This document shows, in pieces, positions 46,982 through 57,279 of a stretch of DNA of 64,000 nt; positions within the stretch are counted from its first letter, which is position 1, and every line of letters starts with the position of its first letter. The position numbers were made by a program, and so were the translations under genes. The DNA lies in assembly GCA_949422915.1 (NCBI GenBank), contig CASPLF010000001.1, forward strand, positions 3,204-67,203, in the 5' to 3' direction. This DNA is from an uncultured Mycoplasmatales bacterium (GTDB lineage Bacteria; Bacillota_I; Bacilli_A; Mycoplasmatales; Mycoplasmoidaceae). The notes beneath the pieces were generated by a model. It worked only from the letters and a program-made list of their open reading frames with translations, did no database searches and was not told where the DNA came from.

Positions 46982-48265
46982 TTACTTATCTTCTTCAGTG
47001 TTTTCTTTAGATTGTTCAGTTATTTGACTTTTAGCTATTTTATTAGGGTTATTAAATTTATTCAATTCAGATAAATCAAGTGATGAAGTATCAAACGAAG
47101 ATAAAACATCATTGTTTGTTCTATATTTCTTGAACGTATCATCGAATGTACGTTGTTTAAATGATTTCATATCAACACGAGTGTAATCTAACCCTTCCTC
47201 ACCCATATCTCTAATAGTCTTAACTTCAATATCTGCATTTAACATTTTTGAAATTAATTTAACATTGTTACCAAATTTACCAATTAATAATGCAAGTTTT
47301 TCTGGTTTGCATACCAAAATTACATTACGTCTACCTGTTGGATCTTTTGGTTCAGTTAATTTGAATCCAGCTATTTCAGCTGGTGAACATACATTGATAA
47401 TATATTTAGAGAAATCACCTGAATATTCAATAACTTCAATTTTTTCATTATTGATTTGTTCAGAAATAGTTTTAATTCTACTTCCTCTAACACCGATTAC
47501 TGTACCAGCCGCTTCAATACCAGGTCTATGACTAATTACAGAAATCTTAGTTTTAAATCCTGCAATTCTAGCAATGTCCTTAATTTCAATTAAATTTTCT
47601 TGAATTTCAGGAATTTGTAAATTCAAATAGTATTTTACTAATCCTACATCTCCACGAGATAAAATAATTGGTCATCCTTTTGATTGTTCTTTTACATCTT
47701 TGATGTAGAAACTATAAGTTTGACCTGGATTTAATAATTCACCAGGAATCTTTTCGTTATTTGATAAGAAACCAAAAGTAGTTCCTAAATCAACAATGAC
47801 AAATCCACTACGTGAATCGATTTTTTCAACTTCAGCTTGAATAACAGTACCAAGTTTATCTTTTCATTCTTTATAAACTTGTGAATTTGTTCTAATAGTG
47901 ATATTACTCTTAAAAATTTGTAAAATGTGTGCTACTACTGCTCTATTTAATTTAGATAGATCAATAGGTTTTTTAATTTCATCACCTACTTTAGCATCTG
48001 GACTAATAGTTTTTGCATCATCTAATAAGATTTCACAATAATCATTAAAGTCATCATAAGGTTCAACAACCTTAAGAATTTGGTTTACATCAAGAGTTTT
48101 GTTGTCAATATCAACTAAAACTTCTACTATAGTTTCAGGAAATTCTTTTACATATGCTTTTGTAATTGCATCTTTTAATGCGTCTGCAACAGAATCTCTT
48201 GGAATTCTTTTTTCATCAGAAATCATCTTGATGTTATTTATTAATTCAATATTAAAATTGCTCAT
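46982..48265 (-). CDS. nusA: transcription termination/antitermination factor NusA
   Basis: Track ORFs 46982 and 47864 are in the same frame through TGAs. It has an N-terminal domain, S1, and two KH domains (GVRGSRIKTI, IGKFGNNVKLI). Confidence 0.95.
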
Positions 48266-48286
48266 TTTTTCTCTCCTTTGATTAAA

Positions 48287-48315
48287 AGAAGGAGTTGGTT
48301 TCCCAACATCCTTCT
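48287..48315 (-). promoter_or_regulatory. terminator-like stem-loop in the nusA leader
   Basis: A 12-bp stem AGAAGGA+GTTGG / CCAAC(A)TCCTTCT. On the minus strand it is followed by TTTTAAT and then the SD AAAGGAGAG and the nusA ATG. Confidence 0.45.
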
Positions 48316-48407
48316 GGATATTTTATTTGTATACCATAATAATAACCTAAAAATTATTATTTTTATAATTTATTTTAAATAATCTATAATTTGTTTTATC
48401 TGAGAAA

Positions 48408-49547
48408 ATGGCATTTTTTGATTGAATTAACTCTGATTGATTCAATGGTTGATGAATAATCTTCTGATTTTTATTATTTTCTTTTTGTGTATTTATAACA
48501 GCAAAGTTGCTATCAATGGTCCTTGAATGTATTGGATCAAAAAGTAAAATTTCTAAAGTATTTTTAGGAGGAATAGTAATGTCATTAGTTACTTCTATTC
48601 CTGAATTAATCTCTAGTATATATGGAGCATGTAGTAATGAGCCATTGTTTGCTATATACAACGAAACTGGCTCTAATACCATTCAGATATTTTTATTATC
48701 TGTAGTTATGGTTTCTTTTTTTGTTTATCAGTCTCATAAAAATAAACAGAAAAAAAATAACACTATAAATGATATTTATAAACAATGTTTATATAAAATT
48801 AGCATCCATAACAAAGTTTTAATTGATTGTTTGGTAGGATTTTACGCTTTATTTTGTTTGTTTGTATTGATCCCTGATGTAGGAAAATATTGTTATATTC
48901 CAGGTTGAAATATTTCTCTTATTTCAATTGTTCCTTTTGTTCTTTGATTAGGTTTCTTAGTTTGAACATTATTGGATAAGAATCAAGTTACTGAGCCTAT
49001 GCAAGGAGACAATTGTTTCTCTAAGTTCAATATTTTTACTTTATGAATTTTATTCATAATACTTTCTTTAGGACTATGCTGATTTGCTTATGCAAATTCA
49101 GCTTCAGTAGACAAAATGTCTGAAGTATTTAATATTCCTACGCAATCTGCAGCAAGTGTAATTTTAAGCATTCCTACAGCTTTACCAGAAACATTAACAA
49201 TGATTTTTATGTTCAAAAGAAAGCAATACACTCTAGGGTTTTCAACATTAATTGGTAGTGGTCTAACTAACTCATCATTTATGTTTTATGTAGATTCAAT
49301 CTATAGAGAACCATTGTTTAAAGATTTTTTTAATAACTATTTACAATCTGAACATCAAAATGATATTTATATTAATGCAATAAGATTGCAATATTGAATA
49401 CCAATGGTATTAGGTATATATTTCTTAATGATGTTGGCTAGTAGAAAAAAAATAGCAACACACAATGGTGTTGTTACTGGATTACTATCTACAATTGTTA
49501 TTGTTTTTGTCCTAGGATTTAGTCTGATTTCTTCGCTAGTTTTTTAA
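48408..49547 (+). CDS. CaCA (sodium/calcium exchanger-like) family membrane protein, paralog 2
   Basis: ATG at 48408 (MAFFDWINSDWFNGWWIIFW, five TGA-Trp) is in frame with track ORFs 48507 and 49116. The alpha-repeat motifs are VTSIPELISS and SIPTALPETL. Confidence 0.7.
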
Positions 49548-50279
49548 CTTCTTGAAAGTTAATAAATTGTTTACTCAGTCAACAAATTCTTTATCTGGTT
49601 GTTCTCTATCTTCAAAAAAACAATTTATGTAATCTGTTGTTTTATCAATTAATTCTTTTTCTGAATAATTTATTTCACTACCAAAGTAATATTCGTAACA
49701 CATTTGCATAATGTGTTTTGCTAGTGGATATAAAGATGGGGTCTTTAAAAAGTTATCTTCTAATTTATTCAATATTCTTTTATATTTTGGATCCTCTTCG
49801 AATTCAAAATTAGATGTTGTACTAATAATGAATTTCTCATTTGTTAAATTATTAAAGAAAGAGAAGTCATGATCTATTTCTGCTGCTTTTACTTGAGTCA
49901 ATGCAAAAATTTTAACATCATTACTAATATTAGGATTCATAAAAATTTCTTCAATGATAAAGAAATGAACTTGCTCTAATTCTTTACCGTATTTTGCTAA
50001 AAAGAAACTTAAAACATTTACATTGAGATTTCTCCCATCGTAAGCTTGAGTTAATAACTCAATCTTAGACATTTTGTTATATTTGTTTTGAATATTTTCA
50101 ATGTTGACTTTTTGGTATAAAGAACTATATAAAGTTTCAAAGTGTTCCAAATATTCAGATGGAATATATGGTGAAGAAATGTCTTCAGAGACCATTTCTA
50201 AAGCCTCTTTATATTTCTTTTGATCTATACACAGATTTATTTTGTTTATTCTTTCCTTGTAATAATCTTTTTTTTGCAT
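49536..50279 (-). CDS. hypothetical protein (247 aa)
   Basis: Track ORF 49575..50279 extends through TGA to TAG 49536-49538. No motif recognised. Its start lies 71 nt inside the upstream DUF402 gene. Confidence 0.45.
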
Positions 50280-50820
50280 TGTATTTTTCTCCTGATTTAT
50301 TTAATAAGTTATTGTTAAAATATTTATCTAATTCTCCATTAATGAACTTTTGTTCAATGTTATGCGCTGTTATGATTATCTTATTTTTTAAAGCATTTGG
50401 ATAATTTAATAATTTTGAATGATATTCAAATTCATTAATGTCTATTTTTCTTAGTGCATGCTTTTTTTCAAAAGCATTATTTGTAAAATCTATATCAAAG
50501 TCAATATATTTAATTGTGTCTTGTTCATATATATAAGGACTAGCTATATTAATATAAACTCTCATATGATTTGATCTTTGTTGGTAAATAAGATTAAATC
50601 ATTCATTCTTAAAAAAATACCAAAGTGAAGGTTCAACTACTTTTGATTTGTAGTGTCTATCACTACCAATTCTATTTGTGATTATTCTAGCTCCTTGATT
50701 ACTTACACAAACATATTCATCAGTTTCCTCAACTACTTGAGGAAATTCTCATGTTCTATACAGCCATCCGTTAAACTTGTATGCATGTATCGCTATCTTC
50801 TTGTCTTTTTTCAATTCCAT
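50209..50820 (-). CDS. DUF402 (FomD/Ntdp-like) nucleoside di/triphosphate phosphohydrolase family protein
   Basis: ATG at 50820 is in frame with track ORF 50209..50565 through TGAs. The pattern AYKFNGWLYRTWE ... VYINIASPY ... YIDFDIDF is typical of DUF402. Confidence 0.7.
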
Positions 50821-51403
50821 AAAAATTATTAATTAATTTTTTTAAAGAAGGATAACACAATAGGACTATAGGTGTGCAAACTGCAAAATCAATATATATT
50901 ATTTCTATGTTAATTACCAATGATGCATATCAATTGCCATTTGTGTACCATATGGCACCAGCAGCTATGTGTATTACAAGTTTAATAGTAAATAAAATTA
51001 AAATTAAAATTGTAAGGGAAACTAATTCAATAATTAGTTTGTTTTTATTACCATTGACCTTCTTTGTCAATAATGTTATTATATTCGGAAAATAAATAAT
51101 AGGGAAAAATACATAAAGAGGTGAGACGTATTCCATTAATAAATCTCAAAAGTTAACTGCTCCGCCTGGTATCAACAATAATACTCATGGAGTTAATAAA
51201 ACAAATGTCCATTTATACTTATGTGTTTGAATGCACATTATCCCTAAAATATATATTGAAATATAAACTGATAATCCATATCCATTAACTATTGGAAGAA
51301 AATGAAAAATTCCTTTAAATATTAAACACAAAGCCATCAATATGCCCATAAGAGCAATATTGAAAATATCAGATCGATATTTATTATTTTTGTAATTCAT
51401 CAT
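50771..51403 (-). CDS. thiT: ECF-transporter S component, ThiT-like thiamine transporter
   Basis: Track ORFs 50930 and 51185 are in the same frame. It is a 6-TM protein. LLMEYVSPL and KLVIHIAAGAIWY match L. lactis ThiT (FLEYLVAP, KYFFHFIAGIIFW). It is preceded by a TPP riboswitch. Confidence 0.7.
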
Positions 51404-51419
51404 ATAAAAAGTCTCCTTT

Positions 51420-51530
51420 CATTAGTACAAAAGAAGACTTGTGTTTTAAAACAAAGCTCCCTTCGCAAGTATTAACTTTATCAGGTGCAATGGTATTTCT
51501 CAACCACACAAATGTGTAGTACCCATGCTT
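51420..51530 (-). promoter_or_regulatory. TPP (THI-box) riboswitch
   Basis: The minus strand reads GUGUGGUUGAGAAAUACCAUUGCACCUGAUAAAGUUAAUACUUGCGAAGGGAGC, against the consensus CUGAGA...ACC..UU.GAACCUGAU..GGUUAAUACC.GCG.AGGGA. Downstream, AGUCUUCUUU can pair with the SD region AAAGGAGACU (10 bp, one G-U), which suggests SD sequestration. Confidence 0.8.
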
Positions 51531-51551
51531 GTTTTCTTGTAAATTTATAAT

Positions 51552-51629
51552 TGGGGCGGCTAATGGGACTTGAACCCATGTATGCCTGAGTCACAGTCAG
51601 GTGCGTTAGCCAGCTTCGCCATAACCGCC
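51552..51629 (-). tRNA. tRNA-His (anticodon GUG)
   Basis: The reverse complement is G(-1)-GCGGTTA...CCTGA-CTGTGAC-TCAGG...ATGGG-TTCAAGT-CCCAT-TAGCCGC-C-CCA. It has the extra 5' G pairing with C73 that is typical of tRNA-His. Confidence 0.9.
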
Positions 51630-51656
51630 ATATGAAAATTATACTAATAGATTGAA

Positions 51657-52466
51657 TTATTTATTAGTTAGTTTCTTTATCTTAATAAAATTATTTTTAA
51701 TAATTTTTTTTAAATCATCCAAAGATTTGGCTTTTTGAATTTTATTAATATATTTTGTAGGAGTAAATGAAATATGACTACCATAAAATTCAGGTAATAA
51801 ATGATTTATGATATGAATTTCTATTAACTGCTTGTTGTTTATATCATTTCTAATTGTTCCTGAAGCCTTATAGTGTTTAGTTTTGTTGTTAATTGTTAAA
51901 CAACAATCTCCATAATAAACCCCTTCTGGTAAATGCATTAATTCTTTATCTCTATATATATTAGCTGTATGATAACCTAATTTTCTACCTAATTGTTTGC
52001 ATTTAACAACCGTTCCTTCCAGATTAAATTTTATAAATAAATCATTTTGAGCACAAGTAACTTTAGTCTTAAGAAGTTTTTGTTTAATTTGTGTTGTTGA
52101 ATATTTTTTATTTTTATTAACTGATACAACATTAAAATGTTTTTTAAGATATTTAATATCTTTAAAATCAGATCCAAATTTAAAATCTGATCCAACAATA
52201 ATTTTGTTTGGTTTAATAATTTTCTTTAAATATTTTATAAATTCATCAGCTGTTTTATTTTGTTTTTTAAGATCTAAAATATATATTTTATTATTTGTAA
52301 GTTTTTTAATGTTATTTATTTTTTGTTCAAAAGAAAACAACATAGAACCAGTCTTTCTAGGAATATTTTTAAAAGTTAAAACCATAGGATTAGTTGTTTT
52401 ATCAAATAACATTTTATGGCCTTTATGAATAACTTCAAAATTTCCAATGATTAAGTCTTTGCTCAT
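51657..52466 (-). CDS. ribF: bifunctional riboflavin kinase / FMN adenylyltransferase
   Basis: 269-aa ORF with N-terminal GNFEVIHKGH (the G.FDG.H.GH motif) and a C-terminal riboflavin kinase part (GRKLGYHTANI). Confidence 0.9.
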   Translation of the reverse strand: MSKDLIIGNFEVIHKGHKMLFDKTTNPMVLTFKNIPRKTGSMLFSFEQKINNIKKLTNNKIYILDLKKQNKTADEFIKYLKKIIKPNKIIVGSDFKFGSDFKDIKYLKKHFNVVSVNKNKKYSTTQIKQKLLKTKVTCAQNDLFIKFNLEGTVVKCKQLGRKLGYHTANIYRDKELMHLPEGVYYGDCCLTINNKTKHYKASGTIRNDINNKQLIEIHIINHLLPEFYGSHISFTPTKYINKIQKAKSLDDLKKIIKNNFIKIKKLTNK

Positions 52467-52551
52467 TAGTGTAATTATAAAAACATTATTATCTTGCTAA
52501 TCACACAAAATAATAATGTTTAAAAGTTTAATAGTGACTATTATTCAATAA

Positions 52552-52740
52552 TTAGAACTTTAATTTACCAGTTGTAGCTACACAGTAGATGTCGTAAATT
52601 CATCCAATTAGGAAAACACCACCTGTAAGTAGGTATAGTAAACCAGTTCAAATTTTACCAGCAAAGAATCTGTGGATACCGAATACCCCTAGAAAAATTG
52701 TTAATAAAATCATTACTACTTTATTGTCTATTTTTGCCAT
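52552..52740 (-). CDS. TM2 domain-containing small membrane protein
   Basis: 62 aa: MAKIDNKVVMILLTIFLGVFGIHRFFAGKIWTGLLYLLTGGVFLIGWIYDIY. This is the GxHRFY-type TM2 motif; two Trp are TGA-encoded. Confidence 0.65.
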
Positions 52741-52760
52741 TTTTTATCCTTTCTATTAAA

Positions 52761-53354
52761 TTATATAGAATGTTTTTTTGAACTTTTCACTTTGTTTAAT
52801 ATTTTTCTGTATCAAGTTTTAATTTGAATTCCTCAGAAATGGTTAACTTGATCTCATCCAATAAATAAACAAAATACTACTAATCAAATACAAATATTAA
52901 CACCACCAAACCCTACAGCATTGCTTCCTGTTTTTCATAATCATTGGTCAGTAATGTTTGCAGTTCCTGCAATGATTAATAAATAAATTAACACAAGACA
53001 AATAAATAATGATTCTTTAATTAAGTAATTTGTTTTAGCATCACGTACTTTAAAAAATCATGCAGCTGTAACAGCAATTACCAATGCTAATGCAACGCAA
53101 GTTAAAATGATAATGAAAACTGCTCATCCAGCCATGTGATTTGTGTTAATGTTAAAGAATCCAATATATTTATCATTTTTAACAAACATTGTTCCTCAAA
53201 CAATAAAAAACATTAATACGGTGTAAGCAAATACACCAATTGTTAGTCATCTAATTGTAAAGATGCCTCTTTTACTTCCTAAATCTGGAATAGGACGTGT
53301 AACATCAATATGAGATGTTTTAACTTTATTTGTTTCTACTTTTTTTGTATTCAT
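52761..53354 (-). CDS. membrane protein (hypothetical, 197 aa)
   Basis: ATG at 53354, with the frame open through about 11 TGAs to TAA 52761-52763. About 4 hydrophobic helices. Absent from the ORF track. Confidence 0.5.
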
Positions 53355-53458
53355 AACTCTTAAATAATAAATTTATTATATGTTTACAAAAAACTTAAAA
53401 AACAAAAACTTTTATTTAGTTAATAACTAAAAAATATGTATTTTAACAAAAATTGTAT

Positions 53459-53487
53459 TAAAAAAGCAAACCGAAATTGGTTTGCTT
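53459..53487 (-). terminator. intrinsic terminator downstream of adhE
   Basis: AGCAAACC (53465-53472) pairs with GGTTTGCT (53479-53486). The minus strand follows with TTTTTT. Confidence 0.65.
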
Positions 53488-53508
53488 TGTATGATTTTTA
53501 AATGCTAA

Positions 53509-56127
53509 TTATTTTAATGGTTTACGTTCAGGAACTTTTTTAACTGGTTTTCCGTAGTGAGCTTCAATGAATAATTCTTTCATGTCTTCGATTGAAGGGA
53601 ATCTTGGGTTAGCATTTGTACATTGGTCATCGAATGCTTCAGTAGACATTTGATCAAGAATTGCTTCAAATTCTTTATCTTTAACACCATATTCTTTTGT
53701 TGAAGCTCATAAGTTAACCGCCTTGAATAACTTTTGTACTTCTTTAATTAAGTTGTTAATCTTTTCAGCTTCAGTTTTTCCTTTAACACCAATTGCATCA
53801 GCAATTTCACAATAACGTTGTCTTACTAATGGTCTGTCATATTGAGATCAGTACATTTGTTTTTCTCTCTTGCCTAATTGTGAGTTGTAAGAAATTACAT
53901 ATGGTAAGTAAATAGCATTTGCAGCACCGTGCATTACGCCAAAGTGTCCACCAATCTTGTGAGATAATGAGTGAACTACACCTAAGAATGCATTACCGAA
54001 TGCAATACCAGCTAATGTTGCAGCATGTGCAATTGCTTCACGAGCTTCTTTATCAGTAGCACCATTTTTGTATGCACGTACTAAGTATTTGTGAATTAAC
54101 TTAATACCTTCTAATGAGTAAGGTTTTGTAAATTCAGTAGCTAAGATTGATACATAAGATTCAAAACAGTGACTGAATGCGTCAGCTGCAGTAACAGCTG
54201 TCATTCTAGGAGGTAATCCCATCATGAATTGAGCATCAATGATTGCCATGTTAGGAGTGAAAGCATAATCAGCTAATGAATATTTAACATGAGTTTTGTC
54301 ATCTGTAATAATTGCAAATGGAGTAACTTCCGAACCTGTACCTGCAGTTGTAGGTATACAAATCATTTGAGCTTTCTTACCAGGTTTAGGGAATTTACAA
54401 ATACGTTTACGAATATCCATAAATCTTAAAGCTAAATCTTGGAATTTAGCATCTGGGTATTCATTGTACAATCACATTAATTTACCAGCATCTAATGCTG
54501 AACCACCACCGATAGCAATTACAGCTTCTGGGTTGTATGTTTGAATTTCTTTAGCACCTTTAATAGTTGTAGATAAAGAAGGGTTTGGTTCAACAGAAGT
54601 GAAAGCTTGTGATTTGATTCCGTATTTTTCTAAGATAGTAATTAACTTAGTACCAAAAGTTTGTCAAATGAATGAGTCGGTAACAATAAATACTTTCTTT
54701 ACACCATCTTCGTGTAAGTCTCTTAACGCTTCTTCTAAGCATCCATATTTAAAGTAAATTTTACTTGGTAAACGTAATCAAAGCATGTTTTCTCTCCTTT
54801 TTGCTACAGTTTTCTTATTTAATAAATGTTTAGGTCCAATGTTTTCACTGAACATATTACCACCTCATGTACCACATCCTAATGTTAATGATGGGTCTAA
54901 GTGGAAGTTGTATAAGTCACCAATACCACCTAATGCTGATGGAGTGTTAACTACTAAACGTGCAGTTTTTGCACTTAATTTGAATGCATCAATCTTTTCA
55001 GGGTGTTTTCATTCATCAACAAATAAAGAAGCAGTGTGTCCAGGACCAAGTTTTAATAATTCTTGTTGGATCTTTAATGCATCTTTAAAGTCTTTTGCTT
55101 TATATAAAGAAACAAAGCATGATAATTTTTCATGAGCTAATGGTTCTTCATAAGCAGTTGACTTAGCTTCAACAACTAATAATTTTGCATCTTCTGGAAC
55201 TTGAATTCCAAATACTTTGGCTAAATTTTGAGGATTTTGTCCTACCATGTCTGGATTAAGTAATCCATACTTACCATCTTTAAACATTTTAGAACCAATC
55301 TTCTTACATGTTTTTGCATCACTTACTACGTATGCATATTGTCTCTTTAATTCTTTAACAAATGCATCGTATACACTTGCACAACATACAATTGAGTTTT
55401 CTGTAGCACAAACTACACCATTATCAAATGTATTAGATTGAATAATTGCAGCAGCTGCCATTTCTAAATCAGCCGATTCATCAATAATTGCAGGACAATT
55501 ACCAGCACCTACACCAATAGCAGGAGTTCCAGATGAATAAGCAGCATGTACTAATCCAGCACCACCTGTTGCTAAGATAATGTCAGCTTCTTTCATTAAA
55601 GTAGCAGTATCTTCCATAGATGATCCTTGAGGTAATCATGAAATAATTCCCTTTGGAGCACCAGCTTCTTCAGCAGCTTTTAAAATGATTTTAGCAGCTT
55701 CAATAGTAGAAGTAAATGCTCTTGGGTGAGCAGAAATTACAACACCATTACGAGTCTTTAATGAAATTAAACATTTAAAAATAGCAGTAGATGTTGGGTT
55801 TGTTGTTGGAATAATTGCAGCAACAATTCCCATTGGTTCATATAAATATTCATAACCATCTGCTTGGTCTGCTTGGTAAGTACCAACAGTTTTGAATTGT
55901 TTATATTTGTTGTAGATATATTCACTAGCATAGTGATTCTTAATGATTTTATCTTCAACAATTCCCATTTTAGTGTCTTCAACAGCTAATTTTGCTAATG
56001 GGACTCTAGCATTATTTGCAGCTCATGAAGCTCTATAAAAGATTTCATCAACTTGTTCTTGAGTAAAAGTTGCGAACTCTTTTTGTGCTTTACGAACTGA
56101 TTCGATTATTTTTTTAACATCAGACAT
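53509..56127 (-). CDS. adhE: bifunctional acetaldehyde-CoA / alcohol dehydrogenase
   Basis: One frame runs from ATG 56127 through TGAs and includes track ORFs 53848, 55009 and 55636. It has an N-terminal ALDH domain and a C-terminal iron-ADH domain (GGGS, HSLSHKIGG). Confidence 0.95.
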
Positions 56128-56130
56128 AAG

Positions 56131-56156
56131 TATTAATATAAAATATTATATTAATA
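56131..56156. repeat. perfect 10-bp inverted repeat immediately upstream of the adhE start codon
   Basis: TATTAATATA-AAATAT-TATATTAATA, starting 4 nt upstream of ATG 56127. Confidence 0.6.
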
Positions 56157-56174
56157 ATTGACTGTTTATAAAAT

Positions 56175-56203
56175 AAAAAGCACACCAGTTAGTGTGCTTT
56201 TTA
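56175..56203 (-). terminator. intrinsic terminator downstream of rpsB
   Basis: AGCACAC (56179-56185) pairs with GTGTGCT (56193-56199), flanked by A- and T-runs. Confidence 0.6.
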
Positions 56204-56219
56204 TATTGCCTTCTAAAAA

Positions 56220-57248
56220 CTACTTAGTTTCAGTTGTTGGAGTAGCTGGTTTTACTTCTCTTGTAAATTTCTTGTGAGAAATAAAAGATTGGTCTTGTTT
56301 TCTCTTAGCTACTTCTGGAAGAACAATTTCTTCATCACTCTTACCTACTATTAATTGAGGTTCATTTAAAGCTTCACAAATAGCATCATTTAAAATTGTT
56401 AATATTAAATATACGGTTCTAATTGATGTTGTGTTAGCTGGAATAATGAAGTCAACTAATTCGGGATTAGCATTTGTGTTTGCAATAGCAACTACTGGAA
56501 TTCTTAATTTACGTGCTTCTTCAACAGCATTGTGTTCCACAACTGGATCACATACAACAATTGCTTGTGGTAAACCACGCATTGTTCTGATACCGTTTAA
56601 GAATTTAGACATTTTTTCTACTTCTTTTGACATCATTAATTGTTCTTTTTTAGAGTAACGTTTAATTTCTCCTGACATTTGAAGAGAAATTAAATTATTT
56701 AATTTGTCAATTGACTTAGAAATAGTCTTAAAGTTTGTTAAAGTACCACCTAATCATCTTTGATTGATATAGAATGATTTACTACGAGTAGCTTCATTTT
56801 TTACTAAGTTCTTAGTAAATTCACCTTTAGTACCAACGAATAGAATTCTTCCACCATCTCTAGTAATATCTCTTAAGAAATTGTATGCACGGTCTAAGAA
56901 AATAGTTGTTTTTAATAAATCAATTACTTGGTTTAATCCAGATTTACTTGGGTAAATAAATGGTCTCATTTTAGGATTTCATCATTTAGCAGACATACCA
57001 ATGTGACAACCTGATTCCATTAATTTAGATGCAGAAATTAATTTTCTAATTCCTGCTTCTTTGTTTGATTCAAAGAATGAATTAATCTTAGATTCAATTG
57101 ATTTTTGTGTAACAAAAAAATCTTTTGACGAATTTGCATTTGGTTTCTTGTTTTCAGAAGCAGCCTTTATAGGCTTCTTTGTTTTTTTAACTTCTGTTTT
57201 AGCTTTTGCAGTTTTTGTTAAAACTGATTCATCTTTTGTATTTGTCAT
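56220..57248 (-). CDS. rpsB: 30S ribosomal protein S2 with N- and C-terminal extensions
   Basis: Track ORFs 56220, 56754 and 56982 are in the same frame through TGAs. The S2 core begins at LMESGCHIGMSAKWWNPKM. A roughly 70-aa Lys-rich N-terminal extension precedes it. Confidence 0.9.
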
Positions 57249-57279
57249 CGTTAACCTTTCAATGTAAATTTATGTGTTA

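Noticed and set aside
48347-48682. Minus-strand 111-aa ORF upstream of nusA that could have been rimP.
   Set aside because: It is antisense to the N-terminus of the CaCA paralog, whose frame has the alpha-repeat motif. The translation has no RimP-like features, and the terminator-like hairpin lies between it and nusA.
50209-50279. The 71-nt overlap between the DUF402 gene and the downstream 247-aa gene, considered as evidence of a frameshifted single gene or a pseudogene.
   Set aside because: The two frames encode unrelated-looking sequences, and the DUF402 domain is complete before the overlap. I kept them as two genes and flagged the overlap in the findings, since the true downstream start is unverified.
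54785-55982. ORFs 54785..55135 (+), 55247..55441 (+) and 55767..55982 (-) within adhE.
   Set aside because: They are antisense or out-of-frame shadows of the continuous 872-aa AdhE frame.
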